Shown: positions 20,710 to 29,634 of the stretch, piece after piece
How the letters are laid out: every line of letters starts with the position of its first letter
Numbering within the stretch: the first letter of the stretch is position 1
Assembly: GCA_963770895.1 (NCBI GenBank)
Contig: CAVYRF010000001.1
Span: forward strand, 1,376,001 to 1,440,000
Direction of reading: 5' to 3'
DNA from: an uncultured Acidobacteriota bacterium
GTDB lineage: Bacteria; Acidobacteriota; Thermoanaerobaculia; Multivoradales; UBA5704
DNA: 64,000 bases
Notes under the pieces: model-generated
What the model saw: only the letters and a program-made list of their open reading frames with translations
Database searches by the model: none
What the model was told of the DNA's origin: nothing
Program-made: the position numbers and the translations under genes

Positions 20710-21565
20710 CTACTGGCAGTTGGCGTTGAGGGGCAGGTAGGCGCCGCTGTAGGCGCCGGCGCAGGTGAGGGTGGTGCCGACGGCAAACGTGGCGCCGCCC
20801 GCGACCTGGCTGGCGCCGGCGTTGACGCTGCCGCTCGACACCACGATGCCGTCGGCGGTGCCTGAGAAGGTCGACTGGTTGGCCGAGGTCGTCACGCCGG
20901 TGGCGGCGTTCTGAAGGCCGTAGCCGACCGACGCCGTGCCGTTGCCGAAGAACCCGGAGTTGGTGACCTGGATGGTCCCGCCGTCGTTGAACAGCCCCAC
21001 CGCCGCCGTGGTGCCCGAGCCGGCGACCGCCGTGCCGGTCACCGTGTTGAGGGTGAGGGTGCCGCCGGACTCTACGGTCACGCCGTAGGTTCAAGTTCTT
21101 CAGCGAAGGATTACCGGAGCTCAGGACGCCGAACGTGCTCACCACCCCGCCGGGCACCAGGATGGTCGCCTGGTAGAGCGAAAAGGTATTGCTCAGATTG
21201 GAGACGCCGATCGCGTCGGTCGAGGTGTTCTGCACTGCCAGATTGCGCACTTCCGAATGCACCCCGGCAGGGACGTTGATCACTCCCAGGTTGCCGGAGC
21301 CCCGCGCGTGCGAGGAGGTGATGGTGGTGACGTCCTGACCCGAGCCCTCGATATCGACGTAGTCCTTCATCGTCAGGGACACCTAACCGACGTCGAAGAT
21401 GCCGGGTTCGACCTTGATCAGCCAGGGGTTGGTGGCGCTATTGGTGGTGATGTTGCTGAGGGCGACCTGCAGCGCGGTGCCGTTGGCCGTGGGAGTGCTG
21501 CCCCCGACGACCAGCAGCGTGCGCACGAACGGCACCTGGGCGAGCGCGCCGGCGGCGAGGACAAG
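20710..21565 (-). pseudogene. Disrupted secreted protein, probably with a parallel beta-helix (pectin-lyase-like) fold
   Basis: Three fragments join into one coherent protein (..[49 protein letters not shown].. / YGVTVESGG..LTCAGAYSGAYLPLNANCQ): in-frame TAG at 21383-21385, frameshift near 21090, no start codon. Confidence 0.65.
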
Positions 21566-21573
21566 CCGCGCTC

Positions 21574-21602
21574 TTGGCAGCGGCGGCCGGTCCGTGTATA
21601 GT
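21574..21602 (+). promoter_or_regulatory. Promoter of the rpsF-rpsR-rplI operon
   Basis: TTGGCA, 17 nt, TATAGT. Confidence 0.6.
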
Positions 21603-21635
21603 GCGGGGCTCGCTGCGGCCGGGCGGGGAGTCAGC

Positions 21636-21702
21636 TGCCCTGGCCGCTTCCGTTCCTCTCTGTTCCGCGCGAAGCGGAACTGAACCAGGCCATAGGGAGG
21701 TC
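21636..21702 (+). promoter_or_regulatory. Probable S6:S18 autoregulatory leader RNA
   Basis: CCC-TGGCC pairs with GGCCA-ta-GGG at the SD (GGGAGG); internal CCG; apical hairpin GTTCCGC-gcgaa-GCGGAAC; directly upstream of rpsF. Confidence 0.6.
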
Positions 21703-21712
21703 CATCCCACAT

Positions 21713-22162
21713 ATGCGTACGTATGAGCTGGTCTTCGTCGTGGACCCACGGGTGTCCGACGAAGATGTGGTCACCATGACCCAGGAATACAAGCAGATGA
21801 TCGTCACCGGCGGCTCGCAGGTGACCAAGGAAGAGAGCTGGGGGCGGCGCAAGCTGGCCTATCCGATCGCCAAGCTGAACGAGGGCAAGTACGTGCTGCT
21901 CGGTATCGACAGCGAGGGCGGCAAGAACGCGCTGCCGGCGGTCGAGCACCGCATGCGCCAGAACGACAAGATCCTGCGCTACCTGACGGTGCGCACGGAC
22001 GAAGACCTCAAGCGTGCCGCCAGCCGGCATCCGGGTGGCACCGGCCGCGCCCCTGGCAGCGATGCCGGCGGCGACGGCGATCGCCACTCTCACTCGGGAT
22101 CGGATGCATCCCATGCGGCCGGTGGGGCCGAGGAGGTCCATCGCCATGGCCCGTCCGCGTAA
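21713..22162 (+). CDS. rpsF: 30S ribosomal protein S6
   Basis: [32 protein letters not shown]. Confidence 0.95.
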   Translation: MRTYELVFVVDPRVSDEDVVTMTQEYKQMIVTGGSQVTKEESWGRRKLAYPIAKLNEGKYVLLGIDSEGGKNALPAVEHRMRQNDKILRYLTVRTDEDLKRAASRHPGGTGRAPGSDAGGDGDRHSHSGSDASHAAGGAEEVHRHGPSA

Positions 22163-22379
22163 GGTCTTCTATCGCCGGCGCAAGGTCTGCAAGTTCTGCG
22201 CTGACAAGATCGACTACGTCGATTTCAAGGACGTCAAGCTCCTGCAGCAGTTCATTCCCGAGCGCTCCAAGATCCTGCCGCGGCGGATCTCGGGCACCTG
22301 TGCACGTCACCAGCGCCTCCTGCAGCAGGCGATCAAGCGGGCGCGCCACCTGGCGCTGATCCCGTTCACCACGGATTGA
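22146..22379 (+). CDS. rpsR: 30S ribosomal protein S18
   Basis: [48 protein letters not shown] (zinc-binding C+ form). Confidence 0.96.
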   Translation: MARPRKVFYRRRKVCKFCADKIDYVDFKDVKLLQQFIPERSKILPRRISGTCARHQRLLQQAIKRARHLALIPFTTD

Positions 22380-22392
22380 GAGGGGGGCTCTC

Positions 22393-22839
22393 GTGAAAGT
22401 GATTCTACTCAGCGACCAGCGCCACCTCGGCAAGCGTGGCGAGCAGGTGGACGTGAAGCCGGGCCACGGCCGTAACTACCTGTTGCCTCAAGGATTGGCG
22501 CTGGAGGCGACGACCGCCAACATCGCCTACTTCGAGCAGCAGCGCAGCAAGATCGACGCCCACCACGCCCAGGAGCGCGCTGCCGCCGAAGCGATTGCGG
22601 CGCGCATGGCCGGTCTCCACCTGGAGATCCCCAAGCGGGTCGGCGAAACCGACACCCTGTACGGTTCGGTGACCGCTGCCGACCTGGCCAGCCTGCTGGA
22701 AGGCAAGGGGTTCGAAGTGGACCGCCGGCGCATCGACCTGGAAGGCGGCATCAAGAGCCTCGGCGAACACAAGGTGCGCATCGAGCTGCACCCCGAAGTC
22801 GTCGCCGAGGTGACCGTCACGGTGGTGCGGGAAGAGTGA
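22393..22839 (+). CDS. rplI: 50S ribosomal protein L9
   Basis: MKVILLSD..LGKRGEQVDVKPGHGRNYLLPQGLA, LYGSVT, IKSLGEH. Confidence 0.96.
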   Translation: MKVILLSDQRHLGKRGEQVDVKPGHGRNYLLPQGLALEATTANIAYFEQQRSKIDAHHAQERAAAEAIAARMAGLHLEIPKRVGETDTLYGSVTAADLASLLEGKGFEVDRRRIDLEGGIKSLGEHKVRIELHPEVVAEVTVTVVREE

Positions 22840-22843
22840 TCGG

Positions 22844-24139
22844 GTGAGCGAACCCGGCGCCGCCCAGCCGCCGCGTCGCTCGCCGACGATCGACGATTTC
22901 CTGATCGAGCCCACTCGCGACCTGGGTGATTGGTACTGGCTGTGGAAGGGGGACCATGCGTTCCCCATCCGCAGCCACCGCGGTCTTTTCGGACGGCTCC
23001 TGGTCGTCTGGAAGCGGCTGCTGCGGCCGCTTGCCAAGGTGCCGCAGAACGACCTGTGGGAACGCCAGCGCATCTTCAACATCATCCTGCTCGATCACCT
23101 GCGCGACGCGGCCGCCGTGCGTCGCCAGGACGACAGGCGCATCGCTTACCTGGAAGCCCTGGGGTCCGAGGGCATCGAAGAGCTCATGCGCCACAACGAC
23201 GCCCTGTTTGCGCGCGTCGATCAAAAGCTCGACCGCTATCGGCGTGAGGTCCGCGACCTGCTCGCCGGCTTGGGCGCCGCCCTGGCGCACGTCGAAGCCG
23301 CGGGCGCCACGGCGGCGGGGGCTCCGGCGGATGCGCCGCCGGCGGCGGCCGCCGAATCCGTGGCCGAGCTGACGCGGGCGCGCGACGACCTGGCTTATTT
23401 CGAGCTGGAGCGCCGCTATCGCGGCACCGAAGAGGAGATCCGCGAACGGATCTCCCGTTATCTGCCCTACCTGCAGGGCGGCGGGCCGGTTCTCGACCTG
23501 GGCTGCGGCCGCGGCGAAGCGCTCGCCCTGCTGCGCGACCATGGCATCGCGGCGCGCGGCGTGGACGGCAGCGCCCGCATGGTGGCGACCTGCCGCGAGC
23601 GCGGTCTGGACGCCGCCCATGGCGACCTGTTCGACGCCCTGGCCGCGGCCGACCCCGGCAGCCTGGGCGCCGTGCTGTCGTTCCACGTCATCGAGCACCT
23701 GCCGGTCGCCTCGCTCGACCGCCTGGTGCGCCTGGCGTGGCGGGCGCTGCGTCCCGGCGGCGTGCTGATCCTGGAAACGCCCAGCCCGCTGTCGCTGGTG
23801 GTGGCGGCGCGCAACTTCTGGCTCGATCCCACCCACGTGCGGCCGGTGCACCCCGAAAGCCTGGGCCTGATCTACGAGCTGGCCGGCTTCGATCCCGTCG
23901 AGCGCCTGGATCTGCGTCCCTTTCCGCCGGCCGAGCGCCTGCCTGAGATCGACCTCGCCCGCCTGCCGGTCGAGCAGCGCCCGCTTGCCGACGGCATCAA
24001 CCGTCTGCGCGATCACCTCGACGACCTGCTCTACGGCTGCCAGGACTTCGGGCTGGTGGGCGTGCGCCCGCCCGCGGCAGCGCCGCAAACGACGACGCCG
24101 GCCCCGCCGCCACCGCCGGCGCCGGCGGGCGAAGCCTGA
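22844..24139 (+). CDS. Class I SAM-dependent methyltransferase with N-terminal coiled coil (surface-polysaccharide-associated type)
   Basis: ERRYRGTEEEIRER, VLDLGCGRGE, SFHVIEHL, LRPGGVLILETP, FWLDPTHVRPVHP, LYGCQDF. Confidence 0.8.
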   Translation: MSEPGAAQPPRRSPTIDDFLIEPTRDLGDWYWLWKGDHAFPIRSHRGLFGRLLVVWKRLLRPLAKVPQNDLWERQRIFNIILLDHLRDAAAVRRQDDRRIAYLEALGSEGIEELMRHNDALFARVDQKLDRYRREVRDLLAGLGAALAHVEAAGATAAGAPADAPPAAAAESVAELTRARDDLAYFELERRYRGTEEEIRERISRYLPYLQGGGPVLDLGCGRGEALALLRDHGIAARGVDGSARMVATCRERGLDAAHGDLFDALAAADPGSLGAVLSFHVIEHLPVASLDRLVRLAWRALRPGGVLILETPSPLSLVVAARNFWLDPTHVRPVHPESLGLIYELAGFDPVERLDLRPFPPAERLPEIDLARLPVEQRPLADGINRLRDHLDDLLYGCQDFGLVGVRPPAAAPQTTTPAPPPPPAPAGEA

Positions 24140-24143
24140 GGCG

Positions 24144-25667
24144 ATGCGGTCGGCGGCCGCCGAGCGCTGGGTGCTGGCGCTCAGCCTGGCCGGCGGCGTG
24201 TTGCTGGCGTTCGTGACGCCGCCGTTCCAGGTGCCCGACGAACCGGCGCACCTGCTGCACGTCTACCAGGTGGCGACCGCCGCGGCGACGGAGCGCGGCC
24301 CCGGCGGCGCCGCCGGCATCCGCGTGCCGGCCAGCCTGATGCGGCTTGCCGACCAGTGGATGCGCGACCTGCCTTTCCAGCGCGACCATCGGCAGCAACC
24401 GGGTCTGTGGACGGCCAGCTGGCGCCAGCCGCTGGCGCCGGCGGATACGGTCTGGGTGCCGGCGGGACGGCTCAGCCCCTACACGGCGGTGCCGTACCTC
24501 GGCGCCGCCGCCGCCGTCGCCCTGGGCCGGCTGGCGGCCGCGGGGCCGCTCGCCCTGCTCTACCTGGCGCGGCTCGGCAACCTGGCGGTCGCGGTGGCGC
24601 TGTCGTGGGCGGCGGTGCGGCTGGCGCCCGTGCAGCGCTGGCTGATCGCCCTGACCGCGCTCACCCCCATGGCGATGTTCCAGCGCAGCTCGGCGTCGGC
24701 CGATGCCTTCACCAACGCCGCGGCGCTGCTCGTCGTCAGCCTGGTGCTGCGGCTGGCGCTGCCGGCGCCGGCGGAGCACTGCGGTGGCGAGGACCGGGCA
24801 GGAGCGGCACCGGCACCGGCGGACGTGACGGGGGGTGGCCTGCCGAGTGCTGGCGCGCCGCGCGCCGCCGCGGACGCGGCGGCGCGGGCGGTGCGGCGGC
24901 CCGGGCTGCTGGTCGGCTGGCTGCTGGCCGGCGCCTTTCTCCTGGCCGCGGCCAAGGCGGTCTATTTTCTGCTGGCGTCGCTGGTCGTCCTGGTGCCCGC
25001 CGCGCGGCTGGGCTCGCGGCGCCGGGCGGCGATGCTGTGGGGCGGCGGCGCGGCGGCCATCGGCGCCGGCGCGGCGGTCTCGTGGTGGGTGGCGCACTTC
25101 TACTTCACGCAGGGGTTTCTGCGCTCCGGGGTGCAGCCGCTCGCGCAGCTGCACGGCGTGGTTGCGGCACCGGCACGCTTTGGCGCGCTGGTGCTGGCCG
25201 ACTACCTGCGGCATGCGCCGCGCTACGGCGCCGAGCTGGTGGGCAACTTCGGCTGGCTGGACGCGCCCCTGCCGCTGGCGGCGATGGTGGCGTGGGCCGC
25301 CGTCCTGCTGATGGTGGCGGCGACCGACGGCGACCGGCAGGTGGTATTCGCCGGCTGGCAGCGCCTGTGGACGGCGGCGGTGGCCGGCGCGACGCTGCTG
25401 CTGCTCAGCCTGTCGCAGTACCTGTCGTGGACCCCGTTGGGCGCCGATCGCATCGACGGCCTGCAGGGCAGGTACTTCCTGCCGCTGCTGCCGGCCGGAG
25501 CGCTGCTGCTGTACAACCGGCGCCTCGCCGGGCGCTGGCCGTGCGGCGCCGGTGCGGGTCTGCGTCTGGGGGTCTGGAGCGCCTGTTTTCTTGTGCTTAC
25601 CCTCGCCACCCTCTGGTTCCGCTACCATGGCGGTGTCGCGGCAGCCGCCGGCGGCACGGTGCCTTGA
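24144..25667 (+). CDS. DUF2142-like polytopic membrane protein (GT-C-like)
   Basis: FVTPPFQVPDEPAH after the first TM, LYLARLGN, SASAD, GNFGWLD, GLQGRYFLP; many TM segments. Confidence 0.75.
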   Translation: MRSAAAERWVLALSLAGGVLLAFVTPPFQVPDEPAHLLHVYQVATAAATERGPGGAAGIRVPASLMRLADQWMRDLPFQRDHRQQPGLWTASWRQPLAPADTVWVPAGRLSPYTAVPYLGAAAAVALGRLAAAGPLALLYLARLGNLAVAVALSWAAVRLAPVQRWLIALTALTPMAMFQRSSASADAFTNAAALLVVSLVLRLALPAPAEHCGGEDRAGAAPAPADVTGGGLPSAGAPRAAADAAARAVRRPGLLVGWLLAGAFLLAAAKAVYFLLASLVVLVPAARLGSRRRAAMLWGGGAAAIGAGAAVSWWVAHFYFTQGFLRSGVQPLAQLHGVVAAPARFGALVLADYLRHAPRYGAELVGNFGWLDAPLPLAAMVAWAAVLLMVAATDGDRQVVFAGWQRLWTAAVAGATLLLLSLSQYLSWTPLGADRIDGLQGRYFLPLLPAGALLLYNRRLAGRWPCGAGAGLRLGVWSACFLVLTLATLWFRYHGGVAAAAGGTVP

Positions 25668-25743
25668 CCGTCGGGGGGACCGCGACTAACGATTTCAGCA
25701 ACCAGGGCCGCCCCTGCGCGGCCCGCGGAGTGAGAGCGTCGAC

Positions 25744-26409
25744 ATGATCAACCTGCGCAACGTCGAGAAGTCCTATCCCATGGCGCACGGCGGCGCCACC
25801 TACGTCCTGCGCCGCATCAACATGGAGGTGCGGGAGGGCGAATTCGTCACCGTCATGGGGCCCTCGGGTTCCGGCAAGACGACGCTGCTGTCGATCCTCG
25901 GCATGCTCGATGCCGCCTGGGCCGGCGAATTCGAGCTGCTTGGCCAGCGCATCCACCTGCTCAAGCAGAAGCAGCGCGCGCAGCTGGCCAAGCAGCACAT
26001 CGGCTTCGTGTTCCAGGCCTACCACCTGCTCGACAGCCTGACGGTGGCGGAGAACCTCGACCTGCCGCTGTCCTACAAGGACATCAAGAAAGCCGACCGC
26101 CAGGCGCTGGTCGCCGATACCCTGGACCGCTTTCAGATCGTCGGCAAGAAGGATCTCTTTCCGTCGCAGCTGTCCGGCGGCCAGCAGCAGCTGGTCGGCG
26201 TCGCCAGGGCGGTGATCGGCGCCCCCAAGCTGCTGCTCGCCGACGAACCCACCGGCAACCTGCACACCTCGCAAGCCGAAGAGATCATGCAGCTGTTCAA
26301 GAAGCTCAACGACCAGGGCACCACCATCATTCAGGTCACCCACTCCGAGAAAAACGCCAGCTACGGCAACCGCATCATCCGCCTGCTCGACGGCTGGATC
26401 GTGGACTGA
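25744..26409 (+). CDS. ABC transporter ATP-binding protein (LolD/MacB type)
   Basis: Walker A GPSGSGKT, IGFVFQAYHL, LSGGQQQ, LLADEPTGNL, VTH. Confidence 0.92.
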   Translation: MINLRNVEKSYPMAHGGATYVLRRINMEVREGEFVTVMGPSGSGKTTLLSILGMLDAAWAGEFELLGQRIHLLKQKQRAQLAKQHIGFVFQAYHLLDSLTVAENLDLPLSYKDIKKADRQALVADTLDRFQIVGKKDLFPSQLSGGQQQLVGVARAVIGAPKLLLADEPTGNLHTSQAEEIMQLFKKLNDQGTTIIQVTHSEKNASYGNRIIRLLDGWIVD

Positions 26410-26500
26410 AAGACCAGCGGCCTGTCCCAGACGGCGACGGCGGCATCGCTGGTACACTTCCGGGCGCCTCGCAACGTCGCTGCCCCAGGAGATCGTCGCC

Positions 26501-28309
26501 ATGAAAGGTTTTCTTGCGGTTCTGGTCTGCCTTGCCTGCCTGCTCTGCCTGATGCCGCCGCCGGCCCATGCCGCTGACGAGGCGGCCCGTCTGCACGCGC
26601 TGTTCGATCGCGAGTGGGAGGCGCGGCTGCGCCACGAGCCGCTGCTCGCCACCTCCGTCGGCAGGCATGAATATGACGCTTTGCTGCCTGACGAATCGTA
26701 CGACCAGCTGCAGAAGCGCCGCGACGAAAGCAAGCAGATGCTGGCCGAGCTGGCGGCCATCGATCGCTCCCAGCTGTCCGCCGACGACCAGGTGAATGCC
26801 GACATGTGGCGCTTCCAGCTGGAAGACCGCATCGCTCAGTTCGACTTCGGCACCTACCAGATGCCGTTCAACGCCGACTCGGGTTTCCATTCCGGCTTTG
26901 CGCGGCTGGGCGAAGAGATGCCGTTCGCCACGGTCAAGGACTACGACAACTACCTGCAGCGCCTGCGCGCCTGGCCGCGCCTGGTCGGTCAGGAGATCGA
27001 GCTGATGCGCATGGGAATCCGCCGCGGCTTCACCGTGCCGCGCGAAACCCTGACCGGCTACGATCACACGATCACCGCGCTGATCGTCGACGACCCGACG
27101 CAGAGCGTCTTTTACAAGCCGTTCGAGAAGTTCCCGCAGACTCTGGGCGAAGCCGACCGCGAGCGCTTGCGCGGGCAGGCGCGCAGCGTCATCCGGGACA
27201 GCGTAACCGCCGCCTACAGGACGTTCCTGGATTTCTATCAGCACGAATACCTGCCGCACGCGCGCGCCACCCTGGGCGCCTATGCGCTGCCCGACGGCCG
27301 CGCCTTTTACGCTCAGCAGATCCGCCACTTCACGACGCTCACCTTGTCGCCCGAGGAGATCCACAAGATCGGCCTGGCGGAGGTCGAGCGGATCACGGCG
27401 GAAATGCAGGCGGTGATCCGGCAGGTGGGTTTCAAGGGCGACATGGCGGCATTCATCCAGTTCCTGCGCACCGATCCCCGCTTCTATCCGAAGACCGGCG
27501 ATGAGCTGCTCAAGGACGCCGCCTGGATCGCCAAGCGCATCGACGGCAAGCTCCCGGCGTTTTTCAAAACCCTGCCGCGCCTGCCCTACACGGTGGTGCC
27601 GGTGCCCGAGCACCTGGCGCCCAAGTACACCGCGGGGCGCTACGTCGAGGCGCCTGCCGGCGGCACGCAGCCGGGCATCTATTGGGTCAACGTTTACAAA
27701 CCTGAAACGCGCGCCTTGTACAACCTGGAGGCGCTGACTCTGCACGAGGCGGTGCCCGGGCATCACCTGCAGATTGCCCGCAGCCAGGAGCTGGCCAACC
27801 TGCCTCCCTTCCGCCGCTACTCCTACATCTCCTCCTTCGGCGAGGGTTGGGGGCTGTACTCGGAGTGGTTGGGATTGGAGATGGGTTTTTACACCGATCC
27901 CTACAGCAATTTCGGCCGCCTGACCTACGAGATGTGGCGCGCCTGCCGCCTGGTGGTCGATACCGGCATCCACGCCATGGGCTGGACGCGCCAGCAATCG
28001 GTCGACTATCTGGCCTCGCATACGGCGCTGCCGCTCAACGAGGTCCAGACCGAAACCGACCGCTATATCTCGTGGCCCGCCCAGGCCCTGTCCTACAAGC
28101 TGGGCGAGCTGCGCATCAAGGCGCTGCGGCACAAGGCCGAGCAGGCGTTGGGCGGCGGCTTCGACGTCCGCGAATTCCACGACGTCGTGCTGGGCAGCGG
28201 CTCGGTGCCGCTCGCCGTGCTGGAACAGAACGTCGATCGCTACATCGCCCAGCGCCGGGCGGGCGGCAGCGGCGGCATCGCGGGCGCGGGCGACGCGACG
28301 GCCCAGTAA
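26501..28309 (+). CDS. DUF885 family exported metallopeptidase-like protein
   Basis: Signal peptide; LHEAVPGHHLQ, FGEGWGLYSE, WRACRLVVDTGIH, RYISWPAQALSYKLG. Confidence 0.9.
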   Translation: MKGFLAVLVCLACLLCLMPPPAHAADEAARLHALFDREWEARLRHEPLLATSVGRHEYDALLPDESYDQLQKRRDESKQMLAELAAIDRSQLSADDQVNADMWRFQLEDRIAQFDFGTYQMPFNADSGFHSGFARLGEEMPFATVKDYDNYLQRLRAWPRLVGQEIELMRMGIRRGFTVPRETLTGYDHTITALIVDDPTQSVFYKPFEKFPQTLGEADRERLRGQARSVIRDSVTAAYRTFLDFYQHEYLPHARATLGAYALPDGRAFYAQQIRHFTTLTLSPEEIHKIGLAEVERITAEMQAVIRQVGFKGDMAAFIQFLRTDPRFYPKTGDELLKDAAWIAKRIDGKLPAFFKTLPRLPYTVVPVPEHLAPKYTAGRYVEAPAGGTQPGIYWVNVYKPETRALYNLEALTLHEAVPGHHLQIARSQELANLPPFRRYSYISSFGEGWGLYSEWLGLEMGFYTDPYSNFGRLTYEMWRACRLVVDTGIHAMGWTRQQSVDYLASHTALPLNEVQTETDRYISWPAQALSYKLGELRIKALRHKAEQALGGGFDVREFHDVVLGSGSVPLAVLEQNVDRYIAQRRAGGSGGIAGAGDATAQ

Positions 28310-28366
28310 CGATCAAAACCGGCAGGCAGTCGCCCCTCGTTCAGGAGTCGGTTGCTCCATCCACGC

Positions 28367-28394
28367 GTCGCGGCGGCACTCGGGCCGCCGCGAC
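28367..28394. terminator. GC-rich hairpin between convergent genes
   Basis: GTCGCGGCGGC-actcgg-GCCGCCGCGAC perfect 11-bp stem; no clear U-tract. Confidence 0.45.
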
Positions 28395-28414
28395 ACGTTG
28401 CCTGGCGACGGGTC

Positions 28415-29476
28415 TTACGGGCAGGGGATCGCGCTGGTGTCGGCGGTGGTCGCCGTCAGCACGCCGTCGGTGTTGCCGTAGAAATAGGCGTCGCCGGTCG
28501 TGGTGTCCAGCACGTTGAGCGACCATCCCTGGTTGGTCAGGCCGCCGATGAACACCCACCAGAAGTTGTTCACGCCGCAGGCGTTGAGGACCTTGACGCC
28601 CATCTCGAAGTTGCTGGCGTCGGTGAAGTAGTAGAAGCCCGACTCGTCGCTTTCGGCGCGGGTGGCGCCGAACAGCAGCACCTGGCCGGCGCCGGCGCCG
28701 GTCGCCGTGTTGTCATAGGCGACGGTAACCTGGAAGCGCGCGCTGTCCAGGCACAGAGTGTTGGTGTTGCGGGTGCAGGTCGTCGCCGCCGGACAGGTCT
28801 GGCCAAAGCCGAACTCGCTGTAGCCGGTATTTTCCGGCGTGCCGCCGGCCGGCAGGGTACGCACGTCCTCGATGGCGGTGCCCTTGAGCAGGACCAGCGA
28901 CAGGTAATAGCAGCCGGTGGAAGCCGGGGTGAAGGGGAGGTTGCCGCTGTCGAAGTTGGCGATCTCGCTCTGCGCCGCAATGGTGCCGACGCTGATGCTG
29001 GCCAGGACCGTGCCGGTAAAGCTGCCGCTCGGAACGGTGGTGGTGGCCACCAGGTCCACGCTCAAGCCGGTGACGGCGGTGGTGTTTTCATTGATGAGGG
29101 CGCCCGCGCGCAGGACCGCCTGGCCGTTTTGCACCGTGGCGCTCACCGGGCCGCCGATGAAGAGGCCGGTGGTGGCGTCACGCGGCTGGCTGATCGCCAG
29201 CGCCTGACCGATCGCCGGCGCCTGGGCGGCGGCGTCCATTGCCGGGCGGAAGGGGACCAACGCCAGGCTCGGATCGGCCGGCATGGTGCCGCTGCTCTTG
29301 GAAAAAGCGGTGATCGACGGGGCGGACGCGGCGTCGGCGGCTGCTGCCGCTTGCGCCGCGGGCACCGACAGGGCCAGTGCCATCAGGGTGACGGCCAGCA
29401 CCGCGACTGGCAGGCGCAGGCGATTGCGTGACACGTTGCGGGGAGATGAAAGGAAGTTCGCTCGCGGGTAGGACAT
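28415..29476 (-). CDS. Secreted protein with a conserved acidobacterial-type C-terminal domain
   Basis: GGAGGA RBS before MSYPRANF; signal peptide; C-terminal CTRNTNTLCLDSARFQVTV..YYFTDASNFEMGVKVLNACGVNNFWWVFIGGLTN..VLDTTTG. Confidence 0.75.
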   Translation of the reverse strand: MSYPRANFLSSPRNVSRNRLRLPVAVLAVTLMALALSVPAAQAAAAADAASAPSITAFSKSSGTMPADPSLALVPFRPAMDAAAQAPAIGQALAISQPRDATTGLFIGGPVSATVQNGQAVLRAGALINENTTAVTGLSVDLVATTTVPSGSFTGTVLASISVGTIAAQSEIANFDSGNLPFTPASTGCYYLSLVLLKGTAIEDVRTLPAGGTPENTGYSEFGFGQTCPAATTCTRNTNTLCLDSARFQVTVAYDNTATGAGAGQVLLFGATRAESDESGFYYFTDASNFEMGVKVLNACGVNNFWWVFIGGLTNQGWSLNVLDTTTGDAYFYGNTDGVLTATTADTSAIPCP

Positions 29477-29634
29477 GGCAGTTTCTCCTCCAAATCGTTG
29501 GGGGTCCGTCGGCTCATAGAATTGTGGGCATTCGGACATGCTGCCGAAACGAGCGCGACCATCGCGCGCCGGCAGGCAGCACTTTGGAGCAACTGCAAAA
29601 CTCAAACCAGCGACTGCGGGAGCGAATCGGGCGG

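Noticed and set aside
21383-21385. In-frame TAG as possible pyrrolysine or stop-codon readthrough
   Set aside because: The same gene also has a frameshift and no start codon, and TAG ends normal genes here (ssb, uvrB, uvrC); decay is simpler
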